Below are positions 13,796 to 26,730 of a DNA stretch of 64,000 nt, piece after piece. Source of the DNA: Spizellomyces punctatus DAOM BR117. Its lineage: Eukaryota. Location of the stretch: NCBI GenBank assembly GCA_000182565.2, contig KQ257461.1; one strand, written 5' to 3'. The notes under the pieces were generated by a model. That model saw only the letters and a program-made list of their open reading frames with translations. It searched no databases and was not told the DNA's origin. The first letter of the stretch is position 1; every line of letters starts with the position of its first letter. Position numbers and translations under genes: made by a program.

Positions 13796-14329
13796 TGGTG
13801 GCCAAGCAGGAAACCGTAAGTGAAGACTAGGTTTCTCCAAGAATGAAAAAGCAGACTACGTAGCACACGTCGTGTTCAACCTTTTCGTCAGCTTGGCACC
13901 CCTTTAATGGGAAACAATCAATAGGTACTCTTGCCGTATATGTCAATTCGTCTAGTGCAGACGTTGTTCTCCCTCAAAAATATCGTTAAACCCTTGCCAG
14001 TAAGACGCCTCATATGGTATAAATCCATTGTTTGGAAGGACATCAAGATTGAGCATGTCGAAATCTCCGAACCCCTCAGCAGCCGCGTCTTTTTCATTTT
14101 TGTCCGAAAGTCCAGGACCACATCTGGGTGTGGTTATTAATAGATGCCATGCCCACTATGCACCTACTTTCAAATTCAAAGTTATTGGATACCACCGTCT
14201 TCATAGTTAGGTGCGACTTAACCATCCTCTATAACTGATATCAATATGAGCCTGGTATTATTGAGAACCAGAAATGTCCGATCGTCCAAATATTCCCTAC
14301 ATACAGACAAAATCTACAAAAAGAGGCTG

Positions 14330-15970
14330 CCTCCTATGGATATAAATGCATTGGAAACGGTTCTGCTGAGGTACCCAAGGTGTCCATTCCATCTTCACGA
14401 TGGGAACGGATCAGACAAGCCAGTGCTTTTTCTAGAGTACAGCTGGTTCTTGACAAGGTTCGTACGATCGTCCGTAGCGTTCGCCTCGGCCAGATGCCGA
14501 GCTGTCACGCATGAAGCCGCTCGTGTCGGCCTAATTACGCCCGAAGGTGGATGAGGTTTCCGAGCGCCGTAGAAGAGGATCGTGCTCCTCGTATTCATCG
14601 CACAGGGTAAGAAATGTCATTTTCGTTGTAAGACAGTTCGGGCATAACTCTAGAATGGGGTGTCCAGTGATGGTTCGATCTTGTCGCAAATTTAACTTTA
14701 AGAACTCTTCCATACGAATGTATTATTCAAGTACACTGTCATGCAGGGACTCTTCAGCTTCTTTACGATGGGGCTCGATTATCAGCGAGGTTTACTGGTG
14801 GTTTACAGTCTTCTTTCCCGTTCCAGAGAGATTCAACGTGCGGTTCACCATTAGATTGACCAGCTATAATACCTACAGGCTCGTCTGGCTGGATGGTACG
14901 ACGATTTGCAAAGTGATGCATTGCCCAAGCAAATGAATGCACAAGACAGTAGTATTCCAAACACTCTCACTCATAGCCATCCACTCCGTTCAACCACGGT
15001 CACCGGCAATCACAAAGCCATCCATATTTCTCGTGCACTCATGCCCCACAATTTGTGTACGATACTATTCCACTAAAGGACAAGTTGTACTCTCAAATTC
15101 ACGCAACCACTCTCCTGTAGCGACATGATCGCACCCGGTACGCTCGCAAACGCAAGTACGATATCTGTTTCGTTTTGAATTCCCATGCAACATTACAAAG
15201 TCGGCAAGGATGACAACATCATTAATGAAACAGCTACGGTAGTACTCACGAGCATCAGTCCTGACTCGCTCCACGCATTCCAATCCCTAAAGTATGTGCT
15301 TATTCTGCTTCTCATGCGTTGCTACTGCCTCCAGCACGACCTCCCTCCTCTTCCTGACTAGGAGTAAGCAACTTGCCAAACACTCTCCATGCGTCCGGAC
15401 CCCGTATCGCAAATACAGAAAATGCACCAAGCATGTTTGACGCGGTAGGGTATTCTGCCGTAAATGCTTCTAGGTGGGCTACGGTACTGGCAGCATTTAC
15501 CAACAATATCACTGCCAACAATCTCGTGGCCACTTTATACAACCCTTTTTCTGGAAGGATAAATCCACGCTGGCGAGAAGGCCATGCAAAGATTTTCCTC
15601 ATGACAACAATCCCGGGGTATCATAGTGCAGATGGAGCCTAACCGCACACTGCATAGTGACAGTACGACCCTTATGCCAGAAAAAAGGAAGGATACGCAC
15701 CTGTGATATATCACCCTCGGCTCTCCCCTCAAGCGGGGGTTGGGGGTTGGTCTTCACTTCTATAGCCTCCACCATACCGGGATTGATTTTGTCATCTTCC
15801 CAGAGCGTCACTAAAACTATGCCCGCTGCCGCGACGATGTGGGAAAATGAGAACAAAATAAATGTGGGTGTGGTGGAAGCAGTAGATGTGAGAGTCAACC
15901 CTCACTTGAGGGGAGAACCAGGCCTGCAGAGAGTAATCAACGCCTGGAACGACTTGCTTCACATGTTCAT
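14330..15970 (-). other. Possible multi-exon orphan gene (hydrophobic N-terminal part, Cys/His-rich C-terminal part)
   Basis: A chain of short minus-strand ORFs separated by GT..AG-like segments (e.g. RTCVCERTGCDHV, CPNCLT). No family recognised and the exon structure was not resolved. Confidence 0.3.
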
Positions 15971-16618
15971 TTAGATGTTTTCACACCTAGTTAAAAGACT
16001 TCAGATACCAATGATTACCGACGTTACTTAAATCTGCACTTAACTTGGACTAGATCTCTTCCCGCCGGCGCGAGCCTGTCATGGTCCTCTGGCCACGGCG
16101 GCAGAAAAACAGATTCATATATGAATCGAAGACCTCTTGAACCACATCACCTGAAGCAAGTTTAACGTACCGTTCCACTCCACGGTGTGCCCATTTTCAA
16201 CCAGATAAATAAGCGAGTCGTTGCTGACCATTCCTGTTGGATTGTTTCTGTCTACATTGTCGACAGCGGCAATTATACCCTGATGTGCCTTCGGGGGAGG
16301 AATATTCTGCTCAGTATCCCACGTTAGGGGTCCTTGTCATGACAGGGCCTCAACAGGCCAGGTGCGGCAGGCCTGCAACGAAAGATTTCTCGTACTCGCT
16401 GAACATTGGTGCGAAACAAGGTTTTGAACGTTTTTGTCATTGATCGTGTGGGTCTCTTGGCAGAGAGAGTGAAAATACGGGAGAGAAGAGTCAACCGCCG
16501 GGGCTTTTGAAATGATATCAGTTCCGGCTTCTTCCTAGTGCAGGCGGCGCGGAAAACGGCAAACGACCAATTTTGGGTATTTGACCGCTAGATGGATCTG
16601 GGGCTTGCACATGCCTGC

Positions 16619-16788
16619 GACTCACATACCTGCGATACACACGGCTTTGGAGTCAAAACGTCACCAGCCAGCTTTTTCAATGGCACACAGAACGGCAAAA
16701 GACGACACAGATATGCTACTTCCACCTATTTTGCTATTTGTTGTTGTTTTTGCCATTTGAAAAGCTGTGAAACGCAGGCATGTGAGTC
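16619..16788. repeat. ~170-bp imperfect inverted repeat (foldback; MITE-like or hairpin)
   Basis: GACTCACATACCTGCGATACACA pairs with TGTGAAACGCAGGCATGTGAGTC; inner arms AGCTTTTTCAATGGCA / TGCCATTTGAAAAGCT. Confidence 0.75.
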
Positions 16789-18112
16789 TCAGCATCCTGG
16801 CGATGGCAGTGAAAAAAGAACCCTCGTCTTCACCCCACGTCCAACAGTATCATGGCTGCTCCAGAAGGCTGCTCTGCCATGGGGGTATTAAAAAGATTCC
16901 AACGACTACCCACTTGTAGACCAGGCATCAAATAGTTTTAACAGCTGCTGCTGGCGTACAGTAGATAGTGTATTACGTAAATGATCGTGACAAGTAACTA
17001 AGCCACATGTCGGACAATTTCATCTATCCATTTTTGTACATCCAAAAGGACCATCGTTTTGGTGTAGCGAGAAGGGTAATGCACAAGAATTGCCGGAATG
17101 ACTGGCCCACCCATTCCCACCTAGTCCGACGATGCCTACGCTACGCTGTGTAGCCAACCCAATGCCAATGGTGCGCCAACCAGCAACCACATTCGGGGGG
17201 AAATCAACGCACAATTCTGGGTCCCGCAAATGTAGTTGCGTGGGCCTTGAGTTCAGGGAAATTTACGCTAGATTGCAGTGATGGCGGCTGGCTGTCGTCA
17301 TGGCCTGCAACAGCAAAGTCCTTCGTCAAAGGTTGGAATTTCCATTGCTGGAAAGCAGAAAGCGTCCTAAATTTTCTAAAGGGCATGATAGGTCTCGTTG
17401 TCGGAACTTCATTCGAACAGCATACTAGACTTTGACAGCAACGTTGCATAATTGTGTATTTTCTCCCCTTTTATCCTTATCGAAGCTATTGAAGGGGGTT
17501 ATCTGCAGCCCTAGTCTCTTTACTTTGTATGTAGAAGAGCCGGCAGGTATTCCTCCACCTCATCTTACAGTGCTCAAAGACTTCCTGATTCTGTTTAATG
17601 GCTTATGTCTAGCGTTTTTAACCAACATGTCCATGGTTTCTTATTCGTTCATGTCCGGATGTAAGCTTGATGGGGACCAGGAAAGACTATTCAACTGCAG
17701 CATGTTAATAAACTTTTCGTAACCTTTAACAACGATATGAAGAAACGACTGGGGAGATGTCTGTACCTTCTGGACGCTGCCTTTTATGGCTGACCTTCCA
17801 AAACGCGTGATGACAACAGGCGGCGGTGGCAGGGAGTGCCTGTCAACCTCCACCCATTTTAACCATCTCGATTCGACAGCTTTTCGGCGATCTACGTACA
17901 TATTCTGTCTTCTTATTGGCCGCGCAGAAGCGCTCTTCATTTGCGGTGACTTTGTAAAGGGTAAGATTGCCGATCTTACGCAGATTGCTGTTACCAACAA
18001 ATGTTGTCTGTGTGTCGCTGGGCGAACGGCAAGGTGTTTCCCAAGATGTATTGACGCATGCCTCTCCAGCAGTCCACCTAGCCAAAGAATAAGTTTATGT
18101 CATACAATTGAG

Positions 18113-19516
18113 ATGGCCCACCTCGCCTTTTCACCTTCACGGAACTCAATGCCTCCGACACCACCCGAGTATGCAAGGTTCAAAGAACCCTCCGTTGTGA
18201 TTGCCCTCCATCAGACGCCTTCCACAATGGTCGAGGTAACAAACGAAGACCATGTGCCGCCCATAGCTGACGGAAGTTCATGCCGGCGATCCACGTCGCC
18301 CTTGGGAGAGTTTCGACTATCGTCGTCCGATATGCAAGGTCAACCACAATCATCTCTAAATTGCACAACACTGATCCAAAAGGACGAGGACGACGAAGAG
18401 GCTCGTAAGGGAGTTCACTCTGCGGAACTGGAAACTATGCCTGGTACAGGCAAGAGAAAACGGGCTGAAGCCGTTGAGCTTTGGGCAAAGAAGAAACCAG
18501 CGGCAGGGGAGGCTGCTGAACCACGGTCCCTGCTTGTAAAGCTCAATCTGGAGAGCCATAACTCTGGTTTTGCTCGGAAGGATTCGTTGCCACGCCATTC
18601 ACCATCTCGAATCAAACAATCGCCAACGGCTTCCGTTACCCCCGGAGCCGGCGAGGACCGGTGTGTGGTTTGCGGAACAAGAGAAACGCCACAATGGAGA
18701 AGGGGTCCGTGGGGACCTCGCACGCTATGCAATGCTTGCGGCGTTAAATATGCCGCCGGTAATCTCATCATTCCCGGTGCCAATATTGAGGCCGACCACC
18801 CGCCAAATCGAGAACTTAAAAAGAAGGCGACCCCGAATTCACCTGCCGCGAATGAGCGGGCAGCGGACGCGCGCACGACTTCAGCAAAACCCCGACCACT
18901 TACCCGCAGGTCTACTCCGTCGAAGCGATCAACATTTGCAAGCAACGAACAAGTCGAAGTTGCCACCGTCAAATCTCCGGTTCGAGATGTCAAAGGAAAA
19001 GCGTCTTTCAGTACTCGGCGGCAGTCCCGAGCCGACCGGGAGAAGACACGAGAACAGCCTGACAGTATTAGGATAGCATGTGATGAGTCTGATACCTCTG
19101 AGGAAACGGATGATGACAATGACGATCCAGCCCTGACAAAGGCAAAATTAGAGAGACAAATTAGAGAGCTCCGACGCCGTCTTATGGTTTCAGACGCCAT
19201 TAACAAGCAGCTAGAGCAGTGCATTTTAAAGCTTGTGGGAGAAGATGAGGAACTAGACGGTTGTCTCGCTGTCATAATTCGGAAAGCGGCAAGACTTCTT
19301 CGAAGCGCGACAATAAGGCACGTTAGGCACAGATCGCCCTCTGGTCATTCAATATCACGATCGACTCTCAAGATACCCCATGAAAGAAACGATATCCCGG
19401 AATCGGCTGCCGCTAACCTGTTGCTTGGCACTTGCATCGAGGAAGAGGAACTTCCTACAATCGCAAATTTCTGCCGGGCTGTTCACGGACGGTACACGTA
19501 TATGCGACGATGTTAA
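18113..19516 (+). CDS. GATA zinc-finger transcription factor (C-X2-C-X18-C-X2-C) with C-terminal coiled coil; apparently intronless
   Basis: [30 protein letters not shown] at ~18662-18750. The ORF is open from 17786; the likely start is MAHLAFSP at 18113. Confidence 0.9.
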   Translation: MAHLAFSPSRNSMPPTPPEYARFKEPSVVIALHQTPSTMVEVTNEDHVPPIADGSSCRRSTSPLGEFRLSSSDMQGQPQSSLNCTTLIQKDEDDEEARKGVHSAELETMPGTGKRKRAEAVELWAKKKPAAGEAAEPRSLLVKLNLESHNSGFARKDSLPRHSPSRIKQSPTASVTPGAGEDRCVVCGTRETPQWRRGPWGPRTLCNACGVKYAAGNLIIPGANIEADHPPNRELKKKATPNSPAANERAADARTTSAKPRPLTRRSTPSKRSTFASNEQVEVATVKSPVRDVKGKASFSTRRQSRADREKTREQPDSIRIACDESDTSEETDDDNDDPALTKAKLERQIRELRRRLMVSDAINKQLEQCILKLVGEDEELDGCLAVIIRKAARLLRSATIRHVRHRSPSGHSISRSTLKIPHERNDIPESAAANLLLGTCIEEEELPTIANFCRAVHGRYTYMRRC

Positions 19517-20540
19517 GCATGCTTCGATGTCGAATGAAGTTATCGCTGCGAATCGGGCCAGATATAGTCATGTCAAACTCCACATGTACAGATTTAGATA
19601 CCGAATGTCGACGAGTCGACCTTTCATGAGTGACTAACACTCGGCGTGATACTTGGCTGGTTTGATACGGGCGCTATTGTGGCGTAAAGTGTCCTGAGGT
19701 TATAGATTGAATGTCTATATTTGCATTTGAGAAAAGTCCTTGCAATTTCGTAAATATATACTACTGTCACTCTTGTCATTAGCTATGGTCATGCTTCCTT
19801 TTAACAACCGTTCCGTTGCCTTTATGTTTGTTTCCCTTTACGTTGTCTAAGGAGCGCGGTACCGGCGCGGTCTGTAAAGCGGGAGTCGCAGGTTAGATAA
19901 AGACATGCTACGGTCTGGATCGAAAGACAATGAAGGGAGTATATGTTCTTTGAGTATATGTTCTTCATCATGACAGAGTCTTTGCGAACGTTTGTCATAG
20001 TGGGCACTAGTGGTTGCAATGTGTATACCAATTCTTTCTCGTCACTACATGTATGGTGAACCTCTTGCCCGTAAGTTACTATTGTGCATTAAATGGATTA
20101 CGATCAGATCTTTGAGGGATGCGTCTCATTACTATACTCACTAGTTGGACTTCCTGCTGCATGACAGCATCAGCTCTCTATACTGCACGAATGGTGAGAC
20201 TGTTCGTACCTTGTCAGGTAGGGTTAGGCTATTGCACGAGATTATATTATTACTATTCTGAGGAAGCCACGCTAACAGGTGTACTGGCGATGGAGCTATC
20301 CACGACAGAGATATGATATGATTGATCCAATCCTACAGTTGTCTTAACGAGATCAAAAGCGTTCTTGCGCCCGACTTGCGGAACCAAAATTTTACATTTT
20401 CCAACCACATCACACATTTAGTAGCAAAAAAGCAGGAGCTGCTGCATATGCCCTGCGATGGGCATACTCTACTGGGTTACAAACAATTTCACATCTTCGT
20501 AGAATTTCATATCAACTTGCGATCAAATCTGGAAACTAGT

Positions 20541-23001
20541 CTACAGTGTTTCGGTGCTGTACTTTTCGTCATTTGCGTAAGATTTTCGCAGCTCAGAGTG
20601 TCGGTAACCGTAACAAACGTAAATGACGGCACCGATCGCCATCCAGATAAATACACGAGCGATACTTGCAGGAGTGGTTTGGGTGAGTAGAGCAATCACG
20701 GATGCGGCGGATACTGCAGGGAAGATTCCGTATTAGCAAATATTAGAATGAGGCAGGCACAGAGTGGGACTTACATGCTGGAATCACAAATCCGCCAATT
20801 TTGCCGCCGGGAACACTGAACCCTCTGGGCCGGTCTGGGTCGGTAATCTTCAAGACGATGGTCGACAGTGAGACGAAAAAGAAGGCCACTAAAGACAAGA
20901 TGTATAAATAAAGAATAATACATTTACAAAAATGCAATCACCGTCCACTTACACAAGGTACCGACGGAAGTCAAATTGCCCAAGATATCTACAGGAAGCA
21001 AACCAGCAAACAGTGCGCAGATAACTCCAGTGGTGATGGTAGTGACATAGGGGGTCTTGAATCGAGGGTGGAGGCGTGAAAACGTCTTTGGGAGAAGACC
21101 GTCCTCGGCCATGGCGTGGAAGATACGAGGTTGACCCAGCAACATGGTAAGGATGACAGAAGTCAAACCAGCAAGAGCACCAAAGGAGATAATGATGGTG
21201 AACCATCGCAAGTTGACACCCTGCGCCTTGGCTGCCTCGAAAATGTTGGTCGATACGGGTGCTTTGGGGTCAATCTAAAATACAATTGACCAATGTAAGC
21301 TTTCATGTCTTTCAAGTACCAATAATGCAGTGAGCACCTACCAGAGAGTATGGTCGGAGACCCGCCATGACGGCACTAACGGCAATGTACAAAATGGTGC
21401 AGATACTGAGAGATCCAATAATACCAATAGGGAGATCACGTTGGGGCCTTTTTGCTTCTTGCGCAGTTGTGGAGACAGCGTCGAATCCGATGTACGCGAA
21501 GAAGACAGTGACCGCGCCAGCAAAGATACCAGGGACTCCGTATTTCTTTGGTCCTTCTTGTGCAGGGACGAATGGTGAATAGTTTTGGGGGTTGATAAAC
21601 TTGATACCTGCGCAGATAAGAATGGATCAGTTTTCTTCTCGTTCATTTGTGGCTGGGGAATTATACATACCGGCGAAGATGAACATCAACGTAATGACAA
21701 CTTTCACGACGACAAATAAGTTGTTGACTCGCGATGATTCTTTAATACCGACGACCAGAAGAGTGGTGACTGCAACAACAATAGCGATAGCGGGTAGCTG
21801 CCAGTCGTAAATGTGTGAGCGGATTCGTCACATACAGTTGCGAGGTAGTTATACTTACGTTGATCCATGGGTAGCACCATTCGGCACCGCATTTGACAGC
21901 ATTCCTTGCAAAGTGCGCTGAATCAACCTTTTCACCTTTGTATTCAGCGCCAGATTCCAGCCAGACAAATGGCGCCTGTAATGAAATGAGGCTTAGCATT
22001 CTACATTTAACATGATAACTACAACGGCCAGATCCTTACGTTGACCAATCTGGCATCCACTGAAGTATCCGAGTCAGTGACATCGTCAATGAACTTTACA
22101 AGATAGCTGGACCATCCAACAGCTACTGTCGCAGCTCCGACCAAGCTGTAGCAGACGGCGTATGAGTTAAGAAATTACGTCAAACATGTCCAGTAACTTG
22201 AATTCACACTCACTATTCAAGCATCCTAGAGTGGTTATACCATGTAAGTACGGTTCACCTTTGCGCACGCAAAAGTAAGTCGCATGAATACTTACAAGTC
22301 CCATCCAACAATCCAAGCCAAAAACTCGCCCATTGCCGCGTAGGTGACTATTCAGTGACGCGCAATGATTGATCAACTATATGATTTTGATTACGTGAAC
22401 CGATCACTAGAAAACTCACATGAATATGCACTGCCAGAGGCGGGGATCATGGAAGCCAACTCTGCATAGCACATTGATGCTTTTGGATAATATTAGCCAT
22501 AATTATGCAACGCATTATAAAGCAATCATGATTATCTCACCAAGGCCACATAGAGTTCCCGCGATTATAAAGGAAATGATCAAGGCGGGACCTGTAAGAG
22601 AGTCATACAATTTAGAGAGACGTGTCGCATCGCATCGCAAAAAAGGTATTAAGAAAACACCTACCAGCATGATCCTTTGCGGCTGTACCCGTCAGCACAA
22701 AGATACCTGCCCCGATAATAGCGCCAATACCAAGCAGAGTCAAATCAAGACCAGTGAGTGTACGTTTGTATTCAACTTGGTCCATTTGCGCGTGAAGACG
22801 GTCGATGCTTTTGGTGCCGAAAAAACGTCGTCCGATTGACGTTGACATGACGGCACTGTGGACAGGACCAAAGGGATGCCGCCGGTGCTATTAGAGATCC
22901 AATTAGCTGCTTATAGCTGGCACCATTCTACTAATAAATCGCCTCACCCTTGACCCTTCAGGAGCATACTCCACGGGTGATGTGTTAATCTTGTCGTCCA
23001 T
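20541..23001 (-). CDS. APC-superfamily amino acid permease, cationic amino acid transporter (CAT)-like, multi-exon
   Basis: LTGLDLTLLGIGAIIGAGIFVLTG, CYAELASMIP.SGSAY, GEFLAWIVGWDLMLEY, FFAYIGFDAVSTTAQE, GQPRIFHAMAEDGLLP, DRPRGFSVP. Confidence 0.93.
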
Positions 23002-24311
23002 GTTTGGAAAATGGTTAAGAAAGAGGTCTTGATTCAGGTAATGAGGGAAGAAAAGGAAGGCGAGCTCGATTGGCCTGCCAACCGATACAAATTCAGAAAC
23101 AGCAGTTTTGTGGGGTAAAGTCCGGGGTAAAAAAAAATCCAAAGCTGCTTTTAAGTCTTCTTTTCTAAAGTGGACCGCTTAGCTGGGGCTTTTAGTGAGT
23201 CCAACCACTTGAAGCCGCCATCAGCCGGATTTGGTAGTTGCAATCTAAACGTCACCCACCCCGATGGGCCCCCACTCCCCCCATCACATCTGCGCATATG
23301 CGCCGAACGCGCGGCTCTACACCTAAATCTTGCCAATTCCCCCACTACTGCTATCTTTGGATCCAGTTCCCGATCACCGACGAATGCGGGAGACAGTCAG
23401 CAGGTTAACTTTTTTCATCAGAAAAGGCAATCTTTCCACAACTAACGTGCCGATTTGTGCTCGTAGAAGGTGATAACAAAAAAAAAAAAACGATGAGTGT
23501 GACCTTTCAAACTCTCCGCTTTGCCTCCGATCATTTTCCCCCCACAATTTACGGTTTCGAGGCGCGTCCCTCAGGCGCAGTCACTTCATCAAATACTTGA
23601 CGTTCCGGGAAAGTGGGTGTGGATATAAACGCTTGAAAATGACCCTTGGGGAACACATCACTTGCCCAATACGATGGTTGATGAAGACTGCAAAAAAGGG
23701 TAAGGCGGGTTTACGAACCTCCACATTGGACGACAAAAGTGTGACGCTGCAGGAAGATATTTGTTTTGGGCGCATGTGTCTTATCAGTAGGCTTTTTTTC
23801 CCGCTTTTCCTCCTTTATTTTTTATTTTGCATACAACTATTAGGGCCGCACTCTCGCAAAAAAAAAATGTCCATCAGTAGCGCAAGTTAAGCATGGTCGT
23901 AATTTTTTGCTTGGGTCAACGGATCGTGGATGAATGCAAATGCTACCTTTGACGCATGTAGTGCAAGGGGAGCCAAGAGAATATCTGCAAGTAATTGGCC
24001 AGGTGGGAACGCGTCTTGGTGCTACGATATGACGCTCATGTTTATCTCTGGTCGCTTGTCCCAGTTTGGGGGCAGATCCACCTGGCCAGTTGCGCCATTG
24101 CTGCTGTTGTTCTTGTCTTTAGCATATAAGCTTTATCATTCGATGGGACGCCAGCGATGGAATCCCAAAAGGGAAAAAAGATGTGGCGCCGTGTGCACCC
24201 AAGCGTTGGTTTTGTACCACAGGAAATGCAATTGCTTCTAAACTGAACGCTGCAAAGGAGTTACCTAAAACCACACAGAGCCGACACTCGTGTCACTATA
24301 GAATATGCTAT

Positions 24312-26483
24312 CTATCCAGACTCCAGAGCAACCACAGGCTCCACCCCCTTGTAAAACGGACCTTCTCGTACATATCGTTGGAATCGACCGATAATGTTTG
24401 CATCAAGTATCTCATTCGCATTAGGATTGGAACATATCGCTTGCACCACGCTGTACTTCCATTCCTTTGAGAGCAAGTGAACAATTTGGTCAGCTGCAAA
24501 CTCTGACGCACGGTGACACCGAACACACCTTGCCAGTCACTGATGGCTCAATCTGCCGGTCCATTAAAAACGATACAAAATCATAGCTGTAGTTGATTTC
24601 ACGCAGACCCCAGTCATGCATCGCCATGCCTTTGAAAATTGCATATGCAGCTACTCGGTTCTCTTCAAATGCTGCCTTTGCGTAACGCATCAGATTTTGC
24701 AATGGGTTTGCTTCTCCTGCAGTGCCAATCATGCAAAGAGCATTGAGTGGTTGGTAGCAGACGACAAGTTCAGTTTCAATAGCATACCTGCAATGCCCAG
24801 GAATATTCGATGTGTGATTGCAGATAAACCAGCACCGGAGCTTGATTTCACACCAATCAAGCAAGAGGCAGACTGTAATCCTGTTATTTTCAGGTCCCCC
24901 GTGGTAGAGTTGATTTGGTCAATAAAATCATTCAGCAGAGTTTTCTGCTCGTCAAGTGCCACCAGCCCTTCAGCACTCGATCCAATGTTTCCAATTGCGA
25001 GGATTACGGGCTCCTATTGCGCGCAAGCCTAAATGTTATTACCATGTCCCCTTCAGTATCCCGCAACGCGGCAGCGTCATACCGCCAGTTCTTTTCGATC
25101 ACTGTTGAGCTGCCGGTCGAACAAATCCAAAATCCCCAACGATGAATGCATGGCGACGAAATCGGCGGGCTGATACATGGGATAGAGCACTAAGGATTCT
25201 GAGGCGCTGGCTTTTGCTATAAAATTATGCTCGTACCTTGGTTGCAGCGACATGACCAAAGAACTTGATGATGGCAGATTTGACAAGAATGTCGTCAATG
25301 TCCCCGGCGTCGGTTTCAAGTATGCCAGCGAGTTGCACGAGTACGTTTGCATTGTGTAGAAAGCGGTTTCCGCATTCACTTTCCGACAGCTGATCGTTCA
25401 CCTTATTCAGCGAACTAAGAGAGGAATGCAGCAACGCCATGATTTATGACCTTGGTAAATATTTGCACCGCATTCAATCGAGACAGCACATCATCAGAGT
25501 GCAGTTCTTCTGTCATTGACTTCAAAAGATCGGAACTTTGGAATTGATGCAGCACCTCATCGGATATTGTGCATATTCGCATCGCGAGGTCATACACTCT
25601 AAACTTTACGGTTTCGCTTTCCGCAAGAAGCTGGTTAAGGATTGACAGAGCGTCGTCCCCAAGAATAGCTTGGAGGCCCGTCTCCGAATGAGCAATCTGC
25701 AGGTCATTACAAGCACATGAGATCCAATACGGTAGAAGCTAAGCATCACACGAGTATCACCTTGAAGAGAAGGTTTTCCACCCGTAGGGCCACATCAACA
25801 TCAGGAAAAGCAAGACTCTCCAAAACAGGAACGAAGAACGGGGATTGGATCTATCTATCTCGTCAGCAAACCTGGTTCCGCCCAACTCCGGCTTATGCAT
25901 AAGATGTACGCACCAACATGTTAATCGTAGCATCTGCGTCTGTAGCCTTCTCTAATGCCGATAAGGCTAAATGTCGCAATGGTCCGCGTGGATCATCAAG
26001 GCCCGCAATGATGAGTTGCTAGTGCGGGGTGAGAGACCTCGCTCACCAACAGATATTTGCCGCTGCACCATGTCCTACTTACCCCAAATCTACTTTGTAT
26101 TTCTTGATAAGAAAGTGGTTGTAGTAATCGTTGTATGATTTTGGCAATGTTTCTTTGGACGGAATCATCCATATGCGAGAGAGGAAGGAGGGCTATAAAT
26201 GGTTCTGGAGAAAGGTCGTATCTTGCTATCAAGTCCCGAGCGTTGTCTCCAGACACCCCTATATGGCCATGTATGAGATATAGTAGTGGCGGTGATCTCC
26301 CAACCTCAGTGATCTCCAACCTTCCAAAGCAAGGGCAATTGTTGTTAAAGCAGTGGCGAGTCTCTGCATATCGGGCGTATTTGGGACTGCTCGAACAATA
26401 GCAATGGCCTCTGATAGTACGGCATCCTGTAAATTACTGTTGTTAATACCGGTGCTGGTCGAATGTGGCATTGTGGTAGGCAT
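24312..26483 (-). CDS. PSMD5: 26S proteasome regulatory-particle assembly chaperone PSMD5/Hsm3-like, multi-exon
   Basis: ARM/HEAT-like helices; KFRVYDLA, DDVLSRLNAVQI, GSEWKY; C-terminal RYVREGPFYKGVEPVVALE characteristic of PSMD5. Confidence 0.8.
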
Positions 26484-26599
26484 AGGTATGGCAATGTCGT
26501 ACGCGTATTCAATTGGGATCTGCGATTACTCACCAGAGATCTCGTGACCGGATTCAGCTGTAAGTCATGTGACATGTGTTGTGATTCACCCTACCTCTG

Positions 26600-26660
26600 A
26601 TTGGCTGCACGTTTTTTTCGCGTATGGCGCAGTCGGCCCAGCGCGTCTATAAAAGCCGCG
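26600..26660 (+). promoter_or_regulatory. Pol II-type core promoter (inverted CCAAT, TTTCGCG, TATAAAA), divergent from PSMD5 and facing the hairpin array
   Basis: ATTGG 26600-26604, TTTCGCG 26616-26622 and TATAAAAG 26648-26655, followed by a pyrimidine-rich initiator-like tract at ~26672-26690. Confidence 0.55.
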
Positions 26661-26730
26661 CCCAGCTCGCGTTTCCTCTGCTTTCCATCCCAGTCAAGCG
26701 CGCTAGTGTCCCGTTGGTAAGATCTTTTAC

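Noticed and set aside
17786-18112. N-terminal 109 aa of the 576-aa GATA ORF
   Set aside because: Cys-rich, random-looking sequence; the ATG at 18113 followed by MPPTPPE looks like the true start.
18415-19275. 286-aa antisense ORF (likewise 52668-53561, 297 aa)
   Set aside because: Shadow ORFs opposite well-supported GATA genes with no recognisable motifs.
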